Virus record (IMG/VR): IMGVR_UViG_3300050330_000101
Location: 1 to 41,857 of that record
Reading direction: 5' to 3' (one strand)
DNA from: a virus
Lineage: Duplodnaviria; Caudoviricetes
Length of the DNA stretch: 41,857 nt
Both the position numbers and the translations under genes were made by a program. The notes below the pieces were generated by a model. That model worked only from the letters and a program-made list of their open reading frames with translations. It searched no databases and had not been told where the DNA came from. Of the stretch, positions 9,220 through 18,921 are shown piece by piece (the stretch's first letter is position 1; every line of letters begins with the position of its first letter).

Positions 9220-9935
9220 GGCAGAACCTCATCGAGAGAAAAGCCCATCTGTCCCCGGCTCCCAAGTCCACGGGAAACGGCCCCCTCATCATCCGCCGAG
9301 AGACGAAAGACCGACGTCGGATAGCTCAGAACGATCATGTCACCGGCAGCAACGCGGCGGCGAAGACCTGGCTCGAAATAGAGCCGCGCCTTGCCGGTCG
9401 CGCTGACGTTCGCATCACGCACGACCTCATAAAGATGTCCATGCTCCGCGTGGATGCCGCCGGGGCGAACCTCGAACAAGTCCCCCATGCCGAGAGCGGC
9501 CTTCAGGCTCGCCGGCAGCATTCGCACCACGAGGCTGTCTGCCCCTTCATCCGCGACCTCGTCCGCGACGACGAATGGCGGCAGATATCCGCTCACCCAA
9601 CCTGTCCCATCGTCGAATGTCGTGCCGTCTGACCAGTTCTCCTGCGTTGGATCGACCCTGAACTGATCATGAGCTGGTTTCATCCGATGGTAATCGACCA
9701 TCCGAATGAAGCCGTTGACACCCTGCAGACGAGTGATGAAGGCCTGCACACGGCGATGCTGCGGAGCCTTCATTCTGGGAAACGTCAGCTCGGCTTTAAA
9801 TCGCTGCACCTGTGGCCCATAAACTGAGGCGGAGCCGGTATAAGGCGACAGCGACTGCAGATTGGCCGGAAGAAGCCGGAAGGTACTCTCGGCTGTGCCT
9901 CGCCACTCTTTGGGCCATTCCCATATTGTCGTCAT
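9210..9935 (-). CDS. Distal tail protein (putative)
   Basis: Directly downstream of the tape measure gene with ATGA coupling; SPYTGS motif. Confidence 0.6.
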   Translation of the reverse strand: MTTIWEWPKEWRGTAESTFRLLPANLQSLSPYTGSASVYGPQVQRFKAELTFPRMKAPQHRRVQAFITRLQGVNGFIRMVDYHRMKPAHDQFRVDPTQENWSDGTTFDDGTGWVSGYLPPFVVADEVADEGADSLVVRMLPASLKAALGMGDLFEVRPGGIHAEHGHLYEVVRDANVSATGKARLYFEPGLRRRVAAGDMIVLSYPTSVFRLSADDEGAVSRGLGSRGQMGFSLDEVLPWQ

Positions 9936-12073
9936 GGCGTCAGGAATGTCGATGTTGCACGTTGGCCCTTGCGGATCGCCTGGATTGTTTCCACCTGCGT
10001 CTGCCGCGAATTCTGTGCAAGCATCACGCGGATCGCGGCCATATCAGTCGGAGTCATGCCGGCCTGAAAGATCGGGTTGTTCGAGATTTTGACGACAATG
10101 TTGGGGCTCGAACCGCTATACCCGGCCCGCGCAGCAGAACGTATGGGACCAACATAGCCACCGCCCGCGAAAGCCCGGACACGACTGGAATTGATGGCTT
10201 CAAGCAACGCGCGATTTTGCCGCGTCGCCGCAGCGTTGACCACGAATTCGCCGTTTGACAAACGGGCGGGGATGCTGTCGCTCCTGCCGGTGCCGGGACC
10301 GGAAATGTAGCCGCCCGACGCCTTCCCCATGAAGCTCATCAGATCCAGCGGCGCGCCGGCCGTGCCACCCCCAAACAGCGCGCCGATTGCGCCGGCAAGC
10401 GGCCCAAGGACCGCCTTCTTGATCGCGATTTTCGCCAGCTCAGAAATGATCGATTGAGCCATCGACTTGAAGGCGTCTTCCACGGTCTTGGTGCCGGCGA
10501 CGATGTCGCCAAAATCCGACGCAATACGATCGAGGGAGTTGGCAGCCATCCCCTCCAGTTGCCGACCAACGTTCGAGGATTCTCTGGCGAAGGACGCCAA
10601 GGGCCCATTCAATTGTTCGAGTTGCCCCTTCGCTTTTGCATAGGCGTCAGCCAACGCCTCAATTTTCTCCCTCTGCTCATCCGTTACAGCGGTATTCTTC
10701 TTGCCTGCGTCCTCATTTGCTCGGCGCGCGGCAGTTTCGAGCTCGACAATAATCCTGGCACGCTCGCGCGCCTCGATGGTTTGATCGATGGTCTTCGCCT
10801 CAACACTCATCAGATCAATCTGACGCTGCGTCATTGCCATGCGTCGCTCGAAAGCGTCGCGCTCACCAGCCGTTCCCTTGTCATCCTTTACTGGGAAGTC
10901 TGACAGTTTCACCTTCTTCGTGGCGAACTGCGAGAAGGCATCATCGAAGCGATTAGGCTGATCAGATTTCTTCGCCTGCCCCTTGACTGTCTCCGCGTTG
11001 GCATCCTGCATTGCCTTGCGAAGCGCTTCGATACCAGCTACGCGGTTACTGATCGCGTCGTTTACCGCGGCTGCGGCCCGAGAACCTGATGCATCGAACA
11101 AGAACGCATACAGGTTCTTGAACGACGGATCGTTCCAGAGATTGCGAGCCGCGGCGACGATGTTGTCGACTTGCTCTGTGGCGTTAGATTCTGACGCCGC
11201 TTTTGCCAGATGCGCAAACGCATCGCCCAGCTTGGTAACAACAAAAGCGAGCGCATCAAGGGCGGATGTGGCCGATTTGCTGATTCCAGCCGCGTCATTT
11301 ATGCGCTTTGCAGCATCAACCGCTACATTTTCCAGTCGCGTAAACCCCTGCGCGACCGTGAGCGATGATCCCGCCACCTGTTGGTTGAGGGTGACAGCCC
11401 CGGCTTGGAATCCTTTGAAGAACGCCTCCGACGAGACCTTTCCTTCGTTGACTAGCGTCCGAAGTTTGGAAACTGACCCGCCAACCTCTTCGATACCGCG
11501 GGCTGCTGCCTGCACAATCGGCAGCGCCCCCTCCAGCATCGAGTTGAATTCTTGTGAGCGCACCACGCCCGATCCAAGCGCTTGCGACAATTGCAGCAGG
11601 GCGCCGGACGATTCTGTCGCCGATCTTCCGGACACCCGCAGCGCGACAGCCACGTTATCCGTAAACTTGAGCATATCCTGCGTTGACGCGCCCAGTTCTT
11701 TCTGGACCATCGAGACGCGGCCGTAAAGCTGGACCAAAGATTCCAGAGGCGCCGCGTTCTTCTGCGCAGAAACAAACAGAGTGTCGTAAACTTGGGTCAA
11801 CTGGTCGCCGGACAGCCCGGCCACCTTAAGCGCGTTGTCAATGCGTATAGCCGTGTCGATGAGAGCCTGAGCGCCCTTCACCGATGCGAAGCCAGCGAAT
11901 ACAGCACCGAGTTTGCCAAAGTTCGCCGCAGCGAGATTACTCGATTCCGCCGTGCGCTTCTCGATCTTGGCCATCGTCGAATTCGTCTGACCAAGCGCCT
12001 TTTGCATTGCGGTATCGTATTTCTTAATATTGGCCTCCAAACTCACAACGAGGCGCTCGATATCCGTTGCCAT
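9932..12073 (-). CDS. Tail tape measure protein
   Basis: Ala-rich helical 713 aa; ALLQLSQALGSGVVRSQEFNS and GGYISGPGTGRSDSIPARLSNGEFVVNA motifs. Confidence 0.95.
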   Translation of the reverse strand: MATDIERLVVSLEANIKKYDTAMQKALGQTNSTMAKIEKRTAESSNLAAANFGKLGAVFAGFASVKGAQALIDTAIRIDNALKVAGLSGDQLTQVYDTLFVSAQKNAAPLESLVQLYGRVSMVQKELGASTQDMLKFTDNVAVALRVSGRSATESSGALLQLSQALGSGVVRSQEFNSMLEGALPIVQAAARGIEEVGGSVSKLRTLVNEGKVSSEAFFKGFQAGAVTLNQQVAGSSLTVAQGFTRLENVAVDAAKRINDAAGISKSATSALDALAFVVTKLGDAFAHLAKAASESNATEQVDNIVAAARNLWNDPSFKNLYAFLFDASGSRAAAAVNDAISNRVAGIEALRKAMQDANAETVKGQAKKSDQPNRFDDAFSQFATKKVKLSDFPVKDDKGTAGERDAFERRMAMTQRQIDLMSVEAKTIDQTIEARERARIIVELETAARRANEDAGKKNTAVTDEQREKIEALADAYAKAKGQLEQLNGPLASFARESSNVGRQLEGMAANSLDRIASDFGDIVAGTKTVEDAFKSMAQSIISELAKIAIKKAVLGPLAGAIGALFGGGTAGAPLDLMSFMGKASGGYISGPGTGRSDSIPARLSNGEFVVNAAATRQNRALLEAINSSRVRAFAGGGYVGPIRSAARAGYSGSSPNIVVKISNNPIFQAGMTPTDMAAIRVMLAQNSRQTQVETIQAIRKGQRATSTFLTP

Positions 12074-12085
12074 GGGGAGGCTCCA

Positions 12086-12580
12086 ATGATCCGCTTTGCA
12101 CTTCTAACCGTGATCGCGTTGGCATATGCGACCGCAGCACAGGCATGGACCACCGAGACCGCGACCTCTCCGGTCGACGACAGCCCAAATCCACTGATTT
12201 GGCAGAATGCTGACCGCACATACACGACCAGACTTGGTAAGCAGTGGCGGCCCAACCTTCAGATCGCATGCGAAAGCCGCAGAACAATCTTTGCGTTTTC
12301 TGTACCGGAACTATTCGTTTCCGATCATGGCGCGTGGGGTGCCGTGACTGCACGCGTCGACAAGCGACCAGCTGTGCAAATTAGGATGATCGCAGGAAAC
12401 GATCACAAGTCACTCGCCCTAATAGGATCGCCAGCAATTCGAATGGCAAAAGCCGTCGCCGCTGGAAGAACCATTTTTGTCAGAATCCTGCCTGTGAACG
12501 AACCCGCATTCGACATAACGTTTGATGTCGACGGACTAGATGAAGCACTCAAGCCAATCAGGAAAGAATGCTCCTGGTGA
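12086..12580 (+). CDS. Secreted protein resembling the T6SS-associated VasI/TagO family (moron)
   Basis: GGAGG RBS, signal peptide ending AQA, W......SPVDDS...LQIACE...TFDVDGLDEALKPIRKECSW. Confidence 0.6.
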   Translation: MIRFALLTVIALAYATAAQAWTTETATSPVDDSPNPLIWQNADRTYTTRLGKQWRPNLQIACESRRTIFAFSVPELFVSDHGAWGAVTARVDKRPAVQIRMIAGNDHKSLALIGSPAIRMAKAVAAGRTIFVRILPVNEPAFDITFDVDGLDEALKPIRKECSW

Positions 12581-12596
12581 AGCGCGATTCGTGCGG

Positions 12597-12866
12597 TCAG
12601 TTACCAATCTCAAATGATACCGCGCGGACAGAGCTAAAACCCCGCCCGTCCCACGAATAGACGATGTTCGAAAGTCGACGCGGTGCCGTCGGTGCGGACA
12701 AAATCCACTCCGACAACTCCATCCTCTCAGCGTCCGTCAGTTTATTGCCACCGTCAGCCGAGCTTGCTCGGTTGAAACCATTGACCACAGCGACGTACTG
12801 CCACACCGACATGCGGTCGACTTCCTGTGGGGTGAACCCCATCGCGGCGCCACTACCGTAGAGCAT
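12597..12866 (-). CDS. Tail assembly chaperone, C-terminal (T) part reached by -1 frameshift
   Basis: GFTPQEVDRMSVWQY motif; reading frame is open back to the GGGGGAA site in the upstream gene. Confidence 0.8.
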   Translation of the reverse strand: MLYGSGAAMGFTPQEVDRMSVWQYVAVVNGFNRASSADGGNKLTDAERMELSEWILSAPTAPRRLSNIVYSWDGRGFSSVRAVSFEIGN

Positions 12867-12898
12867 CGCGGCCCTGATCTTGCCATTTGGCAGATCGT

Positions 12899-13261
12899 CT
12901 AGCCGTTCTCCTTCGTCACTGGCGCCGCCTCGGCTTCCCCCGGCGGTTCATCCTCCGGCCCAGCCCATGCGATGCCGAGAATCCCGGCGGCCAGCATTCG
13001 GCTTTCCAGCGGCGGCCGGCTCTCGACGTAGTCGCGGACCATCTGGAGCGCCTTCGCCGGCTCCATCCCGCCGCCGATCAGGCCGAGCCGAATCGTGTGC
13101 GAGATATCCTGCACGCGGCAATCATTGGTCATGAGACGCTGGAGGACAAAACCGGGTCCGGCGTCGCACGCTTCCTGAAGCTTGATCAATTCGCCCCAGG
13201 CAAGGCGGAAGGTATAATCGCCATCTGCCCAGGCCAATGTGACAGAACCGTCCCTGCTCAT
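12899..13261 (-). CDS. Tail assembly chaperone (GTA-gp10-like)
   Basis: WADGDYTFRL...LQEACDAGP...IRLGLIGGGM; lies between tail tube and TMP. Confidence 0.85.
   Translation of the reverse strand: MSRDGSVTLAWADGDYTFRLAWGELIKLQEACDAGPGFVLQRLMTNDCRVQDISHTIRLGLIGGGMEPAKALQMVRDYVESRPPLESRMLAAGILGIAWAGPEDEPPGEAEAAPVTKENG
12935..12941 (-). other. Programmed -1 frameshift slippery site GGGGGAA
   Basis: CCG GGG GAA near the end of the chaperone gene; the -1 frame reads GSRGGASDEGERLDDLPNGKIRAAMLYGSG without a stop into the next ORF. Confidence 0.8.
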
Positions 13262-13707
13262 TACGACGACGGCGCCGCTGTGCGGACCATCTCGCCATCC
13301 GATTGCATCGAGATGTTGCTGGTGACGGTCCGGCCATTCGGCGCGGTCGCTTCCATGCTCTCGACATGCATCCGCCCGGTGTAAGTGATGGTCTTGGCCG
13401 GGAATTCAAGCTCGACCTTGACCGGCGTCGATTCAACTTCGTGGAAAGCGTCGAGCCACGTATCAACCGACTGCGCAGCCAAAACACCCTCGCCGCTGAT
13501 CGACATGCTCAGCGAGGTAGCATCTCGTCCGACCCAATCGACGGCGTCCGGATCGTCGCAGTCTGGCACGTTGACCTCCTCAAGACCCTTCGTGAAGGTC
13601 AAGGTCTTGGATGTGAAACCGCAGGGCGCGGAATAGACAATCGGGTTCGCGTCGTTTCCGAGCAAAACCCTCACCTTCCCACCTTTGATGCGGGTCGCTG
13701 ATGCCAT
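13261..13707 (-). CDS. Major tail tube protein
   Basis: APCGFTSK...VPDCDDPD...SMSISGEG...SDGEM motifs. Confidence 0.9.
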   Translation of the reverse strand: MASATRIKGGKVRVLLGNDANPIVYSAPCGFTSKTLTFTKGLEEVNVPDCDDPDAVDWVGRDATSLSMSISGEGVLAAQSVDTWLDAFHEVESTPVKVELEFPAKTITYTGRMHVESMEATAPNGRTVTSNISMQSDGEMVRTAAPSS

Positions 13708-13735
13708 GGTGGCCTCCTGTTAGAAAGTCGAGTGA

Positions 13736-14170
13736 TCAGGGCGTCTCGACGACCGCCGTAAATTGAACGACGCCGTGATTTGTCACGCCGTCGGGATCGC
13801 GGAGGATCCGAAACAGCTCGCAGGTGAGCGTCACGAGTGCATTCGCTGAAAGGGCGAATTCCGCATTATGGAGAGTCCGCCGCACAGCGTCGCTGATCTT
13901 GTGACATTCGGCGGACCCGTAAGCCTCACCATTGCCCCAAGACCAGACGTCGACCTGAAATGTCACTTCCACCGCATCGCTGCAATCCGCGTCGTCAGGC
14001 GACCCGGACACAGGCCCAAAGCTGATATACGGGCTGGTGACGTTCGGCGTCCCATCCTGCTTTTCCGGGACGCGATCGTAGATTTTTGCGCCGACAAACG
14101 CCATGACAGCAGGCGCGGCCCGCAGTCTCGCCAACGCAGTAGCGACGAGTTCAAACGTCGGAGAGGTCAT
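13736..14170 (-). CDS. Tail terminator (DUF3168)
   Basis: IYDRVP...PYISFG...QVDVWS...DPDGVTNHG motifs. Confidence 0.9.
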   Translation of the reverse strand: MTSPTFELVATALARLRAAPAVMAFVGAKIYDRVPEKQDGTPNVTSPYISFGPVSGSPDDADCSDAVEVTFQVDVWSWGNGEAYGSAECHKISDAVRRTLHNAEFALSANALVTLTCELFRILRDPDGVTNHGVVQFTAVVETP

Positions 14171-14700
14171 TAGCCCTTGCTCGCGGCGGCGACCGCTTTA
14201 GCGGCCCTATTCGTTGCACGGGATATCCGGCTTTTTACGCGCCTACGGAGCGCGCGGTATGATGGATAAAAGAACGGTTGCGCCGCAGTCCCAGGGTGCT
14301 GACTGCCGGAAAACTTCCCGCCATTGATGTGCGGCGCGGCACCGAACTCAACCAGATGCGCGTATCGCACCTTCCCATTGCCCGCCGAAATCCGGACGGA
14401 GAGATCGGGGTCACCAGAAACTGGCGATGCTTTCTTTCCGCTCCGCTTCTGGAACGCAGCATATTTCGGGGCGCCACCACTTCCCCACGTCTGTGCGATG
14501 CTTTCTCGCAGAGCGCCCGCCTTTGCATCCTTGGCCTTCTGTTGGCCGGAGGGCGGCCCCACGGGCGCCAGCCGCTTCATCATGCCGACCATCTCGTCGG
14601 CACTCTCAGCCAGCGCCTGTCTGATGGCCGCGCGTGTCTGACTTGGCAAATTCTTGAGCTTGGCCTGAAGGGATTGCAGCCCCTTTACGTTGGACGCCAT
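14170..14700 (-). CDS. HK97 gp10-like tail completion protein
   Basis: APV...GALRESI...YAHLVEFG...AQPFFYP motifs. Confidence 0.9.
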   Translation of the reverse strand: MASNVKGLQSLQAKLKNLPSQTRAAIRQALAESADEMVGMMKRLAPVGPPSGQQKAKDAKAGALRESIAQTWGSGGAPKYAAFQKRSGKKASPVSGDPDLSVRISAGNGKVRYAHLVEFGAAPHINGGKFSGSQHPGTAAQPFFYPSYRALRRRVKSRISRATNRAAKAVAAASKG

Positions 14701-15068
14701 CAGCTCGGCTCACCTTCGGTCACAAGTATATCGATCCACTGCCGCTTGCCGTCCGGGTCCACCGGCGCGGCGCTGATGCCGAATACGCGGTTCGTATTTC
14801 GCGCATCCACCAGGCGCCACGCCGGCGTCACGTCTTTCATCAACCGGCAATTTCTCACGGTAACGACCCATGGCTGCCGGCCCTGCAGGCGCGCCTGCAT
14901 GACGGTTTCAGTCCCGCGGAGCGGCCGGAGCGCGGCATCCAGCGTGAAGACAGTGGCGAAGTCGCCGGCGCCGGGGATCGTGCCGCCCCAGCCGTCGGGC
15001 GCGTCGGCCCGCCGCTGGAAATGCAGCCGGTCGCGCAGCGCGCCGTGGCGCCGGTTGCCGTCAGCCAT
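14700..15068 (-). CDS. Head-tail adaptor/stopper (SPP1 gp16-like)
   Basis: GALRDRLHFQ...DGWGG...GTETVMQARLQG motifs. Confidence 0.85.
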   Translation of the reverse strand: MADGNRRHGALRDRLHFQRRADAPDGWGGTIPGAGDFATVFTLDAALRPLRGTETVMQARLQGRQPWVVTVRNCRLMKDVTPAWRLVDARNTNRVFGISAAPVDPDGKRQWIDILVTEGEPS

Positions 15069-15071
15069 TTG

Positions 15072-15434
15072 TCAGGCCAGAGACGGATCGCGCGAGCGCC
15101 ATAGCAGCGCGGCGATCGGATTCTTCGGATCGGGACCGGTCTTTCCGGAGAGACCTGTCAGCATCGCCAGCGATTCCTCGGTGTCGTCGAGCAGGCACCG
15201 CACCGTGATGATGATCGCCGCGGTCACCCGCGGCGGCACGGTTTCCAGCGTCCAGGCCGGATCCGGCTTTGGCTGGATGTAATCGAGAACAATGTCCGTA
15301 GCCTGCGAGATCTTCAGCTCAATGTCGTCCAAGCGCGTCGCGTCGCCATCGCCGGCTGAGGAATCCGCGATATCGGCGGCAAGACCAAGCTTCAAAGCCG
15401 CGTCCACCTGCGAAACCGTGACAAGCGCGGTCAT
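15072..15434 (-). CDS. Head-tail connector (HK97 gp6-like)
   Basis: ATG at 15434 coupled (ATGA) to the upstream stop; LVTV...ATDIVLDYI...VP..V.AA....LL...RDP. Confidence 0.8.
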   Translation of the reverse strand: MTALVTVSQVDAALKLGLAADIADSSAGDGDATRLDDIELKISQATDIVLDYIQPKPDPAWTLETVPPRVTAAIIITVRCLLDDTEESLAMLTGLSGKTGPDPKNPIAALLWRSRDPSLA

Positions 15435-16417
15435 CCCCTGACATCCTTGCCATTCGCGCCCCTCTTGACGGCCAGGCGCCAGCCGCCGTCGGGCGTGTCG
15501 GGCTTGCCGGGATTGTTGCGCTGCGCGATCCAGAACGAGCCGCCCCACGTCACGCCGGATCCTCGCGTGTACTCCCCGCCCTCACGCCAGACGCCGCGGT
15601 CCACGACCACCGGGAAGAACAGTTCATGCGTCTCTAGGATGTCGCCGCTGCCGAACTTTAGCAGGATCGTCTGTCCATCCGGCAGCATCTCTGTATCGAA
15701 ATCCTTCAGCGAGAAGCCGTCGCGACCGGGCTTGCCGGGATCACCGTCTCGTCCGACAACATGGCCAAGGTTCTTCGTCTCACCATTCGACAGGGTGATG
15801 ACCAGATTTCCTTCACGATCGATGAAGCCGCCGGCGAGGCCGATGCCATTCTTGCCCGGCTCGCCATCCTTTGCCTTTGGCAGGCCCGCCATGGCCTTCG
15901 CAACCGCATCCTCAATGAACGGGCGCACGTCATCGACAGTGACGCTCTTGCCGTCCCGCGGCGCGGGGATGGCGGCCACGGCAGTTCCGACCTCATCCGC
16001 AATCATCCGCCGGATTGCTTCCATATCAACAGGTTCGGCATCCTTGCCGTTCTTTGGCGCCGGTAATGACGCGAGCTTCCCGTCGACGCAATCCATCCAC
16101 GCCTGCGCCCGAGCGGCGTCTTGCGCTCGCGCATCGGCAATGGCGGTCTCAACCATGCCCGCGATATCCGGCAGTTCCGGTGACGGCTGGATCGAGGCGA
16201 GCGCGGCGCGCACCTCTTTGAGGTCTTCCGCAAGCTCATCCCGCAAGCGCGCAGCAATCGCGGCTTCATCAGCATCCTTGCCGTTCTTTGGCGCCGGAAT
16301 CGCACTGACGCGCTCATCGAGATCGGCCACCGCAACCCGCAAGGGCTCGACGAGCGCCGCTATGTGCGCCTTTACGATCGCCGCCGTCGCCTCTGCGATT
16401 GCCTTGGCGTCAAGCAT
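15431..16417 (-). CDS. Portal-adjacent head protein with PxPKxGKD repeats and collagen-like segment
   Basis: Repeated PAPKNGKDA/PAPRDGKS; GRDGDPGKPGRDG; C-terminal RGVW...GGSFW...WRLAVKRG. Confidence 0.75.
   Translation of the reverse strand: MLDAKAIAEATAAIVKAHIAALVEPLRVAVADLDERVSAIPAPKNGKDADEAAIAARLRDELAEDLKEVRAALASIQPSPELPDIAGMVETAIADARAQDAARAQAWMDCVDGKLASLPAPKNGKDAEPVDMEAIRRMIADEVGTAVAAIPAPRDGKSVTVDDVRPFIEDAVAKAMAGLPKAKDGEPGKNGIGLAGGFIDREGNLVITLSNGETKNLGHVVGRDGDPGKPGRDGFSLKDFDTEMLPDGQTILLKFGSGDILETHELFFPVVVDRGVWREGGEYTRGSGVTWGGSFWIAQRNNPGKPDTPDGGWRLAVKRGANGKDVRG
16038..16297. repeat. 26-bp perfect direct repeat (two copies) within the CDS
   Basis: GCATCCTTGCCGTTCTTTGGCGCCGG at 16038-16063 and 16272-16297. 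Confidence 0.85.
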
Positions 16418-17753
16418 TCAGGGCCTCGCGGAGGTCTTTTTCGAACAGCGCCAGGTAGGCGCGGGACTGCTCAGGGTTTGGAGCAGGTTCCGTCGGCGTC
16501 GGCTGGGGCACCGGAGCTTCAATCGGCTGCGCATCCCGGCGCGACAGCCACTCAAGGCTGTGATCCTGCTCCTGCATATAGACGGTGTCGCCACCAACCA
16601 CCGGCGGCGCATTGAGACGCTTGCGCTGCTCGTTCGGCGTCAGCTTGCCCTTGGCCTTTTCGAGAACGTCCATTTGCGTGGCACTGTCCATGCGGAGCAA
16701 GCCATCAAGATCGAACTCGGTGCCTATCTGCTCGCCGGTGCCAAGCCCTTCGTCGAGGCAAAGTTCGATGGCCTCGATCAGACTTTGCAAGCACTGCGAA
16801 TAGTATTCGACGTTGAGCGACTGAATGTTGTTGTAATTCGGCAACTGACCGACGCTGATCTTGTACGGCGGAACGTGAAACGTGCTGCACACCACTTCCG
16901 CAGTCCACTTCAACTGCTCAATCAGTTGAGCCTCAACCGACGTCATCGACATGCGCTCATATTTGAGCCCATCGCCGAGCACCGCAACCTTCTTGCTGTT
17001 GTCGCCGGTGTAGTTGGTCTCCCAATGTTCTTTCAGGCGTTTTGCCGTTTCATCCGAGATCGCGCCTGGTGCCGTGAGGATGCCCGGAACGGTCGCGCCG
17101 CCCTCGAAGAACCGCGTCGAATTCTGTTGGATATAAAGGCCCTGCATCGCTGACAAGCCGCAGGCGACGATCGGCGATGTTCCAACCAACGGATGGAAGA
17201 TGCAGTTATACCGATCGTGGATGATCTCGCGGGCCGGCACGATTACCCGTTCGGTGACACCGGACAGCGCGTCGACGCTCAACTCGTAGAAAACATCACC
17301 GGATTCAGAAACGAGCGGCCGGACCAAGTTCGGGTCCAGAACATACATCGACGTCACGACGCCGCGGTTGTCCCGCCCCTTGAGGATATAGGCGTTGCCG
17401 CGCGACAGCTTCGACAGCACCCAGCTTTCGTAGAACTGGATGCGGTTCTGAACCTTGTTCGGCTTCCGCAGCACCGGCGAATACGCCGGGTTTGTCGTTT
17501 CCGTCCAGATATCGTTGCTGTCCTTCGCAACCAGCTTGACGCGCAGCTTCGCGATGTCCGACGCGATCAGCGTCATGCAGGCATAAACCGCATGATAGAC
17601 GGCAACGGAATCGAACTTCACCGTAATGTTCCGCTGCCACGCGCCCGCGAAGCTCTCGCGCACGATCGGATACCAGCCGCCGCGATTGCCGGAAACACCA
17701 GAAAGCGCCTTTTCCTTCCGGGCCCGGGTGATCGACAGACCAAAGATGCGCAT
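16410..17753 (-). CDS. Portal protein, HK97 family
   Basis: AVYAC..LIASDIAKL, RKPN, GNAY, GTSPI, FHVPP, LTPNEQR motifs. Confidence 0.95.
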   Translation of the reverse strand: MRIFGLSITRARKEKALSGVSGNRGGWYPIVRESFAGAWQRNITVKFDSVAVYHAVYACMTLIASDIAKLRVKLVAKDSNDIWTETTNPAYSPVLRKPNKVQNRIQFYESWVLSKLSRGNAYILKGRDNRGVVTSMYVLDPNLVRPLVSESGDVFYELSVDALSGVTERVIVPAREIIHDRYNCIFHPLVGTSPIVACGLSAMQGLYIQQNSTRFFEGGATVPGILTAPGAISDETAKRLKEHWETNYTGDNSKKVAVLGDGLKYERMSMTSVEAQLIEQLKWTAEVVCSTFHVPPYKISVGQLPNYNNIQSLNVEYYSQCLQSLIEAIELCLDEGLGTGEQIGTEFDLDGLLRMDSATQMDVLEKAKGKLTPNEQRKRLNAPPVVGGDTVYMQEQDHSLEWLSRRDAQPIEAPVPQPTPTEPAPNPEQSRAYLALFEKDLREALNA

Positions 17754-17756
17754 CAG

Positions 17757-17996
17757 CTATTCCTTGGCGCGGCGGCGTCGCTTGCGCGATGCGTTGGCTA
17801 TTCTGTCCGCCAGGCCGGCCGGCGGCGTAGGAAGCGCTGTCAATTCGGCGCGCCCCAACTCGATCGCACGCTCGCCGCATTCGCGCCGGACCAGCAGCAC
17901 ATCTCCGGCGCGATAGGCAATCGTGACCTGCGGTGTCGGCTTGTAGTCAAAGTCCGCGAGAAATCGGACCCGCATTCCGACATCATGCTGCGACAT
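17757..17996 (-). CDS. Small hypothetical head-region protein
   Basis: MRVRFLADFDYKP...AYRAG ORF tightly packed between the GT and portal genes. Confidence 0.65.
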   Translation of the reverse strand: MSQHDVGMRVRFLADFDYKPTPQVTIAYRAGDVLLVRRECGERAIELGRAELTALPTPPAGLADRIANASRKRRRRAKE

Positions 17997-18921
17997 TCAC
18001 CGCCCCGGATCGGCCGCAGAACTCGAAATCCTCAAAACCGTGCATCCGCGCAAGGCGCAGAGCATGATCGTCGTCATTGGCAATCGCCAGCACCGGCGTC
18101 GGCCAATGTTCGGAAGCCTCGGGAGACGCAATAACAGCATCGAAAGGCCCGGTTGCCAGCGCCCGCTCAACGTCGGACCAAATCGACGGCCCGTAACCCA
18201 AGATCAGGGCCCGGCCGGACGCATCGCGGAAGTAGTTCTGCCGCACCCAATCGTCTGCTCCGAGATCGACCACGTTCCAAGGCTTCGGCGTGCCCGGGAA
18301 GAACATGATGCGTTTTTCGGGAGCCCGCCCGTTGTATTGGCTACCCCACCAGATCACGCCGTCCTCGACGCCCCAGGTCGCTTCGCCCCAGCCGAGAACA
18401 TGGGAAATCCACGCCTGATCCGAGCCGATGTACTTCTGCCCCGCCTCGGCGGCGCCTTCCGGCGTAAAGGTCGTGTAGACCTGCGGCCGCGCGCCGGCGG
18501 TCATCATCAGCATGCTCCCGTTGTACGGACGATTGGCATGGCCGCCGCGGTACATCACGAAATCGTCCGGCCGATCGAACAACGGGTCGAGCATCCCGGC
18601 GATTACGCAATCCATGTCCATCGAAACAAACCGTTCGCCGAAGATCGAAGCCGCGTCAGGCCGGAACATCGCGATACGCCGCAAGCACTGCGGAAGGCCG
18701 CGGTCCTCGCCCCATGTCGGAATGCGGACATTCTCAAACTCGCGCGGCGGCGCGATAACATCGATACCCGGCAACTCGTCGACCAGATCCGTCACCACCG
18801 CCAAACGGTGCGGCAGCGTCAGATGGCGGCGAACCATATCGGCCCAGATCAACACATGCTCGCGGGTATACGCCGCACGCCCGCCGGGCTGATTCCACCA
18901 CCACGTCAAAACAGTGAGCAT
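17983..18921 (-). CDS. Glycosyltransferase-like protein (GT-A fold)
   Basis: N-terminal strand, VVTD, DxD motif (SMDMDCVI), YNGSML, GSDQAWI, FPG.PKPW as in GT8-like enzymes. Confidence 0.7.
   Translation of the reverse strand: MLTVLTWWWNQPGGRAAYTREHVLIWADMVRRHLTLPHRLAVVTDLVDELPGIDVIAPPREFENVRIPTWGEDRGLPQCLRRIAMFRPDAASIFGERFVSMDMDCVIAGMLDPLFDRPDDFVMYRGGHANRPYNGSMLMMTAGARPQVYTTFTPEGAAEAGQKYIGSDQAWISHVLGWGEATWGVEDGVIWWGSQYNGRAPEKRIMFFPGTPKPWNVVDLGADDWVRQNYFRDASGRALILGYGPSIWSDVERALATGPFDAVIASPEASEHWPTPVLAIANDDDHALRLARMHGFEDFEFCGRSGAVNVAA

Noticed and set aside
11792-12085. N-terminal extension of the plus-strand moron given in the ORF track
   Set aside because: Overlaps the tape measure gene; RBS and signal peptide point to ATG 12086
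15447-17153. 568-aa plus-strand ORF
   Set aside because: Shadow of the portal and repeat-protein genes; Ser/Ala/Arg-rich antisense composition
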